Below are positions 46,722-54,703 of a stretch of DNA of 64,000 nt, piece by piece. The translations under genes and the position numbers were made by a program. The stretch comes from an uncultured delta proteobacterium (GTDB taxonomy: Bacteria; Desulfobacterota; Desulfobaccia; Desulfobaccales; 0-14-0-80-60-11), in contig CAWETI010000002.1 in assembly GCA_963812015.1 (NCBI GenBank), positions 368,381-432,380 on the forward strand, written 5' to 3'. The first letter of the stretch is position 1; the number at the start of each line of letters is the position of its first letter. Under the pieces are notes generated by a model, which saw only the letters and a list, made by a program, of their open reading frames with translations, did no database searches and was not told the origin of the DNA.

Positions 46722-47435
46722 TCAGTAGCCCACCGGTAGCCGGAAGAGGATATCCGCCAGTTCCTCGGCGCATTGGAGGGGCTGCGCGGTTTCGCCATGC
46801 AGCTGCAAGCATTCGGACCACAAGCCCGGCAAATCCCGGCCGGCCGGTTCCCAGTCCACGTCCAGGGGAAAAAGGGGATTTGCCTGGCTGGCCGCCTCCC
46901 AGGCGGCAAAGTCGGCGAACCGGGGGTCCAGGCCCTGGGCCCGTTCGAAGGCGCTGTGGGCAATATCTTGGTTGAAACCGGTGCTCCAGAAGAACTCGAT
47001 GAGGCCCGGCACCGACTCGGCCAGGGGCACACCTTCCAGCATCTCCGGGCGGTAGCGCAGGCAAACCCGTTGGCTGCCGTGGTGACCCGGCTCCCCCCGG
47101 ACGTTGGGCAGGTTGGTATGGTACAGGGTATCTTCCAGCGAACTCAGGGCGCGGTTCCGGAAGAACATCTTCATTTCCTCGAAGCCGTCCCGGTAAAAGG
47201 TCAAGACATAGATGATGTAAGGGAAGGCCAGGCGGTGGGCCTGGTAATCGTTCGCCCCTTTTTTGCCGCCGCTGACCCGGAGAGTGCGGCATTGGGGGGG
47301 ATGTTCCACCACCAGGTAAAGCAGGTCTTTCTTCCGGCAGAGCCAGCGGGTGCCCGGGGGTAAGAGCGGCAACGGCGGCGGCATGACTCGGGCCACGTAA
47401 CGCAACACCGCGTCCAGGGGCGCCCGGCGGCTCAC
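46722..47435 (-). CDS. hypothetical protein, possible E2/UBC-fold-like protein (tentative)
   Basis: 237-aa ORF with balanced composition, whereas the overlapping alternative frames are R/P/G-rich. Helix, four-strand-like segment, then LYHTNLPNV-x11-RVCL, then helices. GTG start is uncertain. Confidence 0.55.
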   Translation of the reverse strand: MSRRAPLDAVLRYVARVMPPPLPLLPPGTRWLCRKKDLLYLVVEHPPQCRTLRVSGGKKGANDYQAHRLAFPYIIYVLTFYRDGFEEMKMFFRNRALSSLEDTLYHTNLPNVRGEPGHHGSQRVCLRYRPEMLEGVPLAESVPGLIEFFWSTGFNQDIAHSAFERAQGLDPRFADFAAWEAASQANPLFPLDVDWEPAGRDLPGLWSECLQLHGETAQPLQCAEELADILFRLPVGY

Positions 47436-47534
47436 CCGCCCCGGCCCGGCCCCAGCCTCCTCCTGAAGGATTATCTCACTGCCCTCAATGACGATCTTGT
47501 CTCGGATGGCTATTTTTTTCCTTGCTTCTTGATT

Positions 47535-47556
47535 CCCCCCTTTTTCAAAGGGGGGG
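47535..47556. repeat. CCCCCCTTT-TTC-AAAGGGGGG hairpin repeat
   Basis: Perfect 9-bp stem. Same family as the hairpins at 16079-16156. Confidence 0.7.
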
Positions 47557-47582
47557 AAAAACCCGCTGCATTGTATGCAATA

Positions 47583-47813
47583 TTAGGCTTTTTTCCCTTT
47601 GCCGATGATCGCACAAATGAAGTTATAAAGCTGGTTTTCGAGGTCTTCCATTGTTTCCCAAACGATATGGTTATATTGACGCGTATCGAAGTGAACGTCT
47701 TTAAGGTCGTCCTTTCTCACGCACCATATTACCGGCAATCCCAAACCAAGGGCATATCCTGCTTCAAAGTATACTCCGCGCCGCAAATTGGCCTATAGGA
47801 CAAATTTTTTCAT
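47583..47813 (-). pseudogene. decayed nucleoside 2-deoxyribosyltransferase-like / TIR-like (Rossmannoid) gene remnant
   Basis: ATG AAA AAA TTT GTC CTA TAG, then in the same frame ANLRRGVYFEAGYALGLGLPVIW...HFDTRQYNHIVWE (the YFE.GYA.GLG.PVI motif of the family). Only about 70 codons remain and there is no proper start. Visibly AT-rich. Confidence 0.5.
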
Positions 47814-47869
47814 TTAAATCTTCATTCATTTTTGTTTTGTACCTATCTCTTTTTCATAATTGATCCAGA

Positions 47870-49621
47870 TTAATCTTCCTCCCTCTCTTCCCCCGGTGCG
47901 GCCCAGGCCCAGACCCGGTCCGGCACAAAGCGCCGGGAGGAGCACTGGTTCAGGGCCAGCCGCTCCATGTGCCGCAGCACCTCCATCTGGTGGGGAGGCA
48001 GAAAGTCGTCAATCACCCGGTGGAAATCTGCCTGGCTGACTGCTTCCCGGCCCGCCAGGCGCGCCTCGCGGTAGGCCCGGAAGACCAGCTCCTCGATGTC
48101 CCCGCCGGTGATCAGCTCCGGGTGCCGAGCCTCCAAGTAGCGGGTGACGTCGGCAAAATCCGGAAAATCGCAGGCAATGTGGCTACGCTTCGCCACCACC
48201 GTGAAAATGTGACACTTTTCGGTGAAATCCGGCATGAAGAAGGGGATGCGTTCGCTGGAACGGCCTGAGCGCAGGTCCGCTTTGTCCAGGCGATCCGGGC
48301 GGTTGGTAATCCTGATCCACAGGACCTTGCCCTGGATGGCGGGGTCGCCCATAAAGTCAAAACGCATCTGCCGGAGGCGGTTACCCACCCCCGTATCGCC
48401 GGAGTACTCATCCCGGCTGTGCTCGCTCTGGTCGGCTTCGTCTTCCAGGACCACCACGGGGGTGAGACTGCGGAGAGTGGCGAGGGCCTTAAAAAAATTG
48501 CGTTCGCTTTCTCCCACCCACTTAGTCCGGGGATTGAGCAGCTTGACGAAATTAAAGCCCGCATCCCGGGCCAGGGCTTCCGCCAGGGCGGTTTTGCCCA
48601 CTCCCGGGGGCCCCATCAGGGTGATGCCCCGGGGGACCAGTTTGTGGTCGCCGGCATGGATGGCCTGGGCAATCTGGCTGAAGTAGGCCTTGATGGGTTC
48701 CAACCCGCCGATTTCCTCGAGGCCGAAGCGGGGTTCGATGACTTCGATGAGCCCCACCAGTTCCTGGCGGAGCAGATCCTTCTTTTTGCGGCGGACCATC
48801 TCCGGGGTGAGGGGGGCGCGCCGGGACTGGCGCAAGAGGGCCTGCAGCACCCTCAGGCTGAGGCCGGCCGCCAGGTTGGCCAATCCCTGGGTGGTCAGTT
48901 CCAGGCGGTAGGCGCCGGAAGACAAGAGATATTCGATAAAATGGAGGCGGTCCGTCTGGTCCGGCGGCGGCACTTCGATGATTTGGGCCCCATGGCGGCT
49001 GAGCAGCAGATTGGGGTTCAACTCGGCCAGATTGCCGGTGGTCAGGAAAATGAGATGGCCCTGCTCCACCAGTTCCCGCTGCCGGGCCCAGCGCAGCAAG
49101 GTCACCAGGGAGGCCCGGTCCGGCTCCCCCATGGAGCCCAGGTCCACCGCCGGCACGATGGTCTCGGCGTACTCCAGGATCAGGGCCAGGGGCTGGGTCA
49201 GGCCGCCCTGCTGGCACGGCGCGGTCATGACCCGCTCCGCCAGTTGGAGCACTTCCCGGGGACTTTGGGGCAGGGGTTTGGCAGAGGGCGGTTGCCCCAG
49301 GGCCCGCAAGGCCCGGGCCCGGACCCGGGAAACCTCTTCGGCGTCGTCCGCTTCCCGGGGGGGAGGCTCCTCGAGGGCCAGTCTGAAGGCATTTTCCCCC
49401 GGGGCGTCCCAGAACTCCAGCCCCAGGCCGAGATTATAGGAGACCACATGGTGGGTCTGGGCCAGCCATTGACCCAGAAAATGGCGAAACGGCAGGTAAG
49501 CCCCATTCACCCGGATATAATCGAAGACCTGCCCATGGAGGATAAAGAGGGCCGATTCGCCTTCCTGAAGGTGCTCCGCCAATTCTTGGGCCCATTCCGG
49601 GAGGTTTTGCCAGGGCCCCAT
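47870..49621 (-). CDS. classical-clade AAA+ ATPase with a degenerate (Walker-less) N-terminal half
   Basis: C-terminal module: Walker A GPPGVGKT, Walker B VVVLEDEAD, second region of homology ITNRPDRLDKADLRSGRSSERIPF. The N-terminal ~300 aa lack nucleotide motifs. GAGGAG RBS. Confidence 0.85.
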   Translation of the reverse strand: MGPWQNLPEWAQELAEHLQEGESALFILHGQVFDYIRVNGAYLPFRHFLGQWLAQTHHVVSYNLGLGLEFWDAPGENAFRLALEEPPPREADDAEEVSRVRARALRALGQPPSAKPLPQSPREVLQLAERVMTAPCQQGGLTQPLALILEYAETIVPAVDLGSMGEPDRASLVTLLRWARQRELVEQGHLIFLTTGNLAELNPNLLLSRHGAQIIEVPPPDQTDRLHFIEYLLSSGAYRLELTTQGLANLAAGLSLRVLQALLRQSRRAPLTPEMVRRKKKDLLRQELVGLIEVIEPRFGLEEIGGLEPIKAYFSQIAQAIHAGDHKLVPRGITLMGPPGVGKTALAEALARDAGFNFVKLLNPRTKWVGESERNFFKALATLRSLTPVVVLEDEADQSEHSRDEYSGDTGVGNRLRQMRFDFMGDPAIQGKVLWIRITNRPDRLDKADLRSGRSSERIPFFMPDFTEKCHIFTVVAKRSHIACDFPDFADVTRYLEARHPELITGGDIEELVFRAYREARLAGREAVSQADFHRVIDDFLPPHQMEVLRHMERLALNQCSSRRFVPDRVWAWAAPGEEREED

Positions 49622-49784
49622 AGATGCTCCTCGCTGGTTGAATGGCCTGGAGTGGGGGAGGAGAGCGATCGTTACCTGCTCAGGCCGCTGCTCCCGCCCC
49701 GTCGCATATTTTGGACACCTACCGTCAAGGCCGGCTCGATTGCCTAGTGGGGATGGTAATTAAGGTGAATAGACTTAGGGCCTA

Positions 49785-50291
49785 TTACAGCAAGGGTTCG
49801 ATCAATTTCATGAAAACGGCTTTTTTCCGGGTGCCCTCGATCCTTTGGGCGATGTTGCCCTGCTTGTCGATGATTACGGTGGTGGGCACGACCGCGATGC
49901 TCCCATAGGCATCGCTCACCTTGTCATTGCCGATGAGCACCGGGTATTGCAGGCCCAATTGTTTCACCAGGAACCGGATTTGGGTAGGGTCGGAGCTCAG
50001 GGCGATCCCGAAGGTTTGCAGGCCCTTGCCCTTGAGTTCGTCATTGATCTTGCTCAGGTCCGGCATCTCATCCCGACACGGACCGCAAAAAAAGGTGAAA
50101 AAGTTGAGCACGACCACCTTGCCTTTGAACTGGCTGAGGGAGTAATCTTTGCCCGTGAGCACGTCTTTTAGGGTAAAGTCAGGGGCAGATTTTTCGGCCC
50201 CCCAGCCTGGAGACGCCAAGGCCAGGACGCAGACGGCTACCAGCAGCATCCGAGCGGTGGTCCAGGAAATGCGAAATGACTTTTGAGCCAT
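49785..50291 (-). CDS. TlpA/ResA-family periplasmic thiol:disulfide oxidoreductase
   Basis: Signal anchor plus thioredoxin fold with FCGPC active site. AAGGAGGG RBS before the ATG at 50291. Confidence 0.85.
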   Translation of the reverse strand: MAQKSFRISWTTARMLLVAVCVLALASPGWGAEKSAPDFTLKDVLTGKDYSLSQFKGKVVVLNFFTFFCGPCRDEMPDLSKINDELKGKGLQTFGIALSSDPTQIRFLVKQLGLQYPVLIGNDKVSDAYGSIAVVPTTVIIDKQGNIAQRIEGTRKKAVFMKLIEPLL

Positions 50292-50528
50292 TACAACCCT
50301 CCTTGCTCTGAGGATAAAGTGCCTCTTTTCTGCCTTAACCATATCAAAAAGGCCCCCAGCCTGCAATTTTTTACTCGGAGGAGAAAACCGGCGGCCTTCG
50401 CCCCTCTGGCCCTCAGAAATGGCCTGCCCGAAATTTTCTCCGGGTTGACATCTCTTACCCGCAATCTTACCTATTTTCTATGAGTGAGCTCATAAATGTC
50501 TAAAAACACCAGGAAGGAGTCGAAGCTT

Positions 50529-50975
50529 ATGCGCAAGCACTGTAGGTTTTTGAGTCTGGTCATGGCAGGCATCTTGCTGTGCGCGGCGGCCGCGGCCCAG
50601 GCCGATGACAACCCCATCTATCCCATCGGTGAAGTGACCATTGAAGCCAGGCAGGTGGCCGCCGGGGTGGGCTATAGTTGGGGTGACGGCGTGATGAAAT
50701 TCCAGGGCAAAGAGTATCGTTTCACCGTCAAGGGCCTCAATGTCGCGGCAGTGGGGATTGCGAAGATCAACGCCGTCGGGGACGTCTACAATCTGAAAAC
50801 GGCCGGGGATTTGGCCGGTAAATATGTGTCGGTGAGCGCCGGCCTGAGCCTGGCCAAGGGCGCCTCCGGCTTGAGCATGAGGAACAACCAAGGGGTGGTC
50901 ATCAACCTGAGGGCGGCCCAGCAGGGGGTGCAACTGAATCTGGGGGTGGATGGCTTCGTCATCGAGATGAAATAG
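50529..50975 (+). CDS. secreted Gly/Val-rich beta protein (DUF992-like)
   Basis: Signal peptide ...AAAAQADD. Pattern GVGYSWGDG...G.Y.F...G......G......G.VYNL....D..G.Y....AG resembles DUF992. GGAAGGAG RBS. Confidence 0.5.
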   Translation: MRKHCRFLSLVMAGILLCAAAAAQADDNPIYPIGEVTIEARQVAAGVGYSWGDGVMKFQGKEYRFTVKGLNVAAVGIAKINAVGDVYNLKTAGDLAGKYVSVSAGLSLAKGASGLSMRNNQGVVINLRAAQQGVQLNLGVDGFVIEMK

Positions 50976-51108
50976 GGCTCTCACCGATTACGGGCACACC
51001 CAATCTTGTCAGGCCAGGGGCTTGGCGGCGGGCGATGGAGAACATCGCCCGTTTTTTTTGCGCGGCCGCGAGGTTTTCTCTGGTCCGCTCCGGTTCAGCG
51101 GCATTGCC

Positions 51109-51999
51109 CTATCCTCCGGCCGCGCCCTCCGGCTTGTCCAGGGTGGGGCCGACGGCGATGCGCAAACCGGCGCCGGCCTGCTCCAGGAAACCCTCCTGAA
51201 TCAGGGTGTGGATGAGCCCGGTGGTGCGAGCCGGGCTTTTCCCCAGGGTGTCCACCAGGGCCTCGACGGAGAGAGCTGGGGTTGCCAGGAGGGTTTTGAG
51301 GATCAGGCCCCGGATCTGGCGATCGGAATCGGCAAAGGGGGCCTGGCGTTGGTGGTGGGCACTCCTCCGGTTGGGGTTGGGGGCGGCGCGCTTGAGCATG
51401 GCCCCGTAATCCATCAGGGCATAGTACCAGAGGCGCGGCTGCTCCCGGTCCAAGATCTGGTCCACCAGGGGCAGGATCTCCCGATCCTTCACCCCGGTGC
51501 GGCCGGGAAAGAAGCAGTGGAGGAAGACCCGGCGAATGTTGGTCTCGATGAACACCACCGGCTGGTTGAAGGCGAAGGCGGCCAGGGCCCCGGCGGTGGC
51601 CTCGCCAATCCCGGGAAAGGTGCGGAGGGTCGCAACCGCGGCGGGGAGGCGCCCGCCGAACTCCGCCACCACCCGTTGGGCGAGGCGCTGCAGGGCCAGG
51701 GCCCGGCGGTTGTAACCCAGCCCCTGCCACCTGCCCATGATCTCCCGCAGGGGGGCCCGGGCCAGGGACAGCAGGTCGGGGAAGGCCTTGATAAAGGGCT
51801 CATACTTGAGGGCGACGCGCTCCACCTGGGTCTGTTGCAGCATGATTTCGGAGACGAGGATGTGATAAGGGTCAGCCGTGTCCCGCCAGGGCATCCGGCG
51901 CCCCTGGTCATGAAAAAACCGGTATATGTGCCGGCGGAAGCGGCGGACGGCGGCGGGAGTGACCCGGCTCGCCTCGAAGGTCTCGGCAAAGGGCTCCAC
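51109..51999 (-). CDS. HhH-GPD DNA glycosylase (MutY/EndoIII-like) lacking the Fe-S cluster loop, with a winged-helix-like tail
   Basis: PWRDT.DPYHILVSEIMLQQTQV, LGYNRRA, FPGIGEATAGA (HhH-GPD). No Cys-x6-Cys-x2-Cys-x5-Cys after DYGAML. GTG start. Confidence 0.75.
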   Translation of the reverse strand: MEPFAETFEASRVTPAAVRRFRRHIYRFFHDQGRRMPWRDTADPYHILVSEIMLQQTQVERVALKYEPFIKAFPDLLSLARAPLREIMGRWQGLGYNRRALALQRLAQRVVAEFGGRLPAAVATLRTFPGIGEATAGALAAFAFNQPVVFIETNIRRVFLHCFFPGRTGVKDREILPLVDQILDREQPRLWYYALMDYGAMLKRAAPNPNRRSAHHQRQAPFADSDRQIRGLILKTLLATPALSVEALVDTLGKSPARTTGLIHTLIQEGFLEQAGAGLRIAVGPTLDKPEGAAGG

Positions 52000-52615
52000 G
52001 CTTAAGGTTCTCCGGTGAGGCTGGTTTTCGCAGGGGCCCGGCCCTGAAAGCGCAGTCGCTCATGAGCCTGGGGCTCACCCGTAAATCATGAAAAGCTGCT
52101 CAGGGCAGGGCCTGCCGTGCCCCCTCGTAACGTCGATCCCGGCGTAGGAGCACCGGGCGCGGTGCCCCCGGAAAATCGCCCGAGGAACTTTTCTTAACAG
52201 GGAACTCTCTTGCCAGATGATACCTCAGTTCGGCCGGCGGCAAAAGGGCCGGCGGCGATTCAGCCCTTAAGGCGCTGTTTTCGCACCATTTCCCCGGCAG
52301 GGCGCTGAAGTCGCCAGGGCCAGGGCTTCCCAAGCCCGGCGGCATGGCGGCATGATCACCCGCTGGCAGGCTGTAACCGGCCAGCCGGAGGGAGATCGCT
52401 GGCCGGGGCATAGGCAACGAGCTTCAAGGGGGCCAGGCGCCATCTCATTTGGTTAAAAACTATTTTAATTATATTAATTATTTTTGTAACCTTCCGGGCC
52501 GCGGTGGCGACACTAAAGGTAAGGATGCTTGATACCCGCGCGCCATCCGTAACCCCGGTGATGCAAACCGGAACCTGCACGGATCAAGGATCATGACCTT
52601 CAGGGAGGAAACAGA

Positions 52616-53263
52616 ATGAGCATCAAGATTCTGATTGTCGATGATCACCAGATCACCAGAGAGGGCATTCGCAGCATGCTGGAACGAGAACCAGACATGA
52701 AAGTTTTGGGAGAGGCTGAGGATGGTCGCTCTGCCACGAGAATGGCAAGGGAATTAGGCCCGGACATCATAGTGATGGATGTATGTATGCCTGAGATGAA
52801 CGGCATCTTGGCCACGAGCGTAATCATTGCCGAGTCCCCCAAGATAAAGGTGCTCGCCCTCTCTATGCTCGCAGATAGGCGATTTGTCTATAATATGTTG
52901 CGGGCTGGTGCGTCAGGGTATCTGATCAAGGATTGTTCTTTCAAGGAGTTGGTCCGAGCCATTCGCGTGGTGATGGCAAATAGAACTTACCTCAGCCCTG
53001 GAATAATGGATGTGGTAGTGAAAGACTACGTGAAGCCTTCGGCCTATTCCGATTCGCCATCTTCCTCCAATTTAACTATCCGCGAAAGTGAAGTGTTGCA
53101 GATGGTCGCTGAAGGGCATTCTACCTCTCAAATTGCCAAGCGTCTGCATTTGAGCGTAAAGACCATAGAGACTCATCGGCAAAAACTTATCGCAAAAATA
53201 AATGCCAAAGGCATTGCCGGGCTCACCAAATATGCCATTCGGGAGGGATTGACTTCTGCATGA
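52616..53263 (+). CDS. NarL/FixJ(LuxR)-family response regulator (fourth, more divergent paralogue)
   Basis: REC + LuxR HTH (LTIRESEVLQMVAEGHSTSQIAKRLHLSVKTIETHR). AGGGAGG RBS. Confidence 0.95.
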   Translation: MSIKILIVDDHQITREGIRSMLEREPDMKVLGEAEDGRSATRMARELGPDIIVMDVCMPEMNGILATSVIIAESPKIKVLALSMLADRRFVYNMLRAGASGYLIKDCSFKELVRAIRVVMANRTYLSPGIMDVVVKDYVKPSAYSDSPSSSNLTIRESEVLQMVAEGHSTSQIAKRLHLSVKTIETHRQKLIAKINAKGIAGLTKYAIREGLTSA

Positions 53264-53396
53264 ATTAGTGCATTATGGTTGGGAAAAGATAGGGTTGGTT
53301 CGAAATCAGACTCTTTTTGGTAAGCGAGAGTATCCGGCCTTATTGTGGTCCGTCTTTTCCAAGTGGGGCCACAATCTTATTTTTTCCCCTGTCGAG

Positions 53397-53987
53397 ATGA
53401 ACTTCACAGACAATGCTCCTGACGATGCCTTGGTTATCGATAATATCCTTAGGGGGAATATTAACTCCTTTGAAATTTTGATGGACAGATACCAAGACCA
53501 TGTGTCTCGAATCGTCAGGAACCATGTACCCAGGGATTACGCGCCGGAAGTGGCCCACGAAACCTTTGTCCAGGCCTACCAATCTTTAGGAGGTTTTAAA
53601 GAAACCGGTCCGTTTAAACACTGGCTTTCCAAAATTGCCATAAGGTGTTGCCATGATTTCTGGCGTGGTTATTATCAAAAACAGGAGAACCGGGTGTGTC
53701 CCCTCCCCGATGATTGCCGAGACTGGGTTGACCATCTTCTATCGGATCAATCGGCGGAGCGGGACGCGGAGAGGGTGGAGGCCAGGGATCTGTTGGAGTG
53801 GGGCTTGGGTCAATTGTCGGCTTCGGAAAGAACGGTGCTGACCCTGACCCACCTGAATGAATACTCGGCGACCGAGGCGGCGGAACTTCTGGATTGGAGC
53901 GTCATCAGGATAAAGGTCCAATCTTACCGGGCCCGGAAGAAGCTCCGGAAGATTCTTGGGAAAATTCTCCCCCAAGGGATAGCATGA
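53397..53987 (+). CDS. ECF-type RNA polymerase sigma-70 family factor
   Basis: Region 2 (FEILMDRYQDHVSRIV...AHETFVQAYQSL..F......HWLSKIAIRCCHDFWR) and region 4 (LSASERTVLTLTHLNEYSATEAAELLDWSVIRIKVQSYRARKKL). Confidence 0.9.
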   Translation: MNFTDNAPDDALVIDNILRGNINSFEILMDRYQDHVSRIVRNHVPRDYAPEVAHETFVQAYQSLGGFKETGPFKHWLSKIAIRCCHDFWRGYYQKQENRVCPLPDDCRDWVDHLLSDQSAERDAERVEARDLLEWGLGQLSASERTVLTLTHLNEYSATEAAELLDWSVIRIKVQSYRARKKLRKILGKILPQGIA

Positions 53988-54601
53988 AGCCCTCCAAAAA
54001 ACACCTGGATAAAATAGAAGAAGCGCTGATTGCGGTTTACCGTAAGCAGGAGGATCCCCAATTCCCTCCGGACTGGCGGCAACAGGTGATGCAGGATATC
54101 AGTTCGATGGCCGGGCCCACGGCTTTTCCCCAAGAAAAGAAGATCAGGACCATGATCCCCAGGAGAATCGGGGTCCTTGCCGGGGTGGCCCTGGCCGCCA
54201 TCGTGGGGTGGCTGATCCTGGCAAACCTGGACTGGTATGATCCCTGGATCACTTTGAAACCAGACCTGGCCGCTCTGGAATCCCACGGGGCGTTCTGGCT
54301 GGAAGCCGGAGATATAGATAGCGGGTTAAGGAGCGTCAAGGTGATCGTTGTCCAGAAGGAAGTGCGAGCGGAAGTGCTGTCCAAAGACCTTGAACCTCCA
54401 GGGGGGATTTGGGCCGGCACAAGCCATGCGGTCAAAAAAGCAGATTTCCCTTTGGAGGTGGATGCCCAGGCCTTAGGACTGCACGAAGGGAAGGCCACCA
54501 TCGTCGTTACGGTTCGTGACTTATCCTGGAGAAACTGGTTTAAAGGACGGGCCACCACCCTGAAAAGGGAAATGGTTATTTATTATAAAAAATCCCCCTG
54601 A
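53984..54601 (+). CDS. membrane-anchored putative anti-sigma factor with an extracytoplasmic domain resembling the N-terminal region of M23-peptidase proteins
   Basis: ATGA overlap with the sigma gene. One TM helix (IGVLAGVALAAIVGWLILA). DIDSGLRSVKVIVVQ...LGLHEGKATIVVTVRDLSWRNW pattern. Confidence 0.6.
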   Translation: MKPSKKHLDKIEEALIAVYRKQEDPQFPPDWRQQVMQDISSMAGPTAFPQEKKIRTMIPRRIGVLAGVALAAIVGWLILANLDWYDPWITLKPDLAALESHGAFWLEAGDIDSGLRSVKVIVVQKEVRAEVLSKDLEPPGGIWAGTSHAVKKADFPLEVDAQALGLHEGKATIVVTVRDLSWRNWFKGRATTLKREMVIYYKKSP

Positions 54602-54703
54602 ATTGAAGTGAACCACCCGTATAATCGTTATCTCTAACCCTCCCATACACAGGTTCTTGGTTTTGGCTTTTGGCAAAGATAGGCGGCTTGCAAAAAGACG
54701 GCC

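Noticed and set aside
52100-52417. 105-aa ORF downstream of the glycosylase gene.
   Set aside because: Pro/Ala/Arg/Gly-rich, no start context, no motif. Likely chance in GC-rich DNA.
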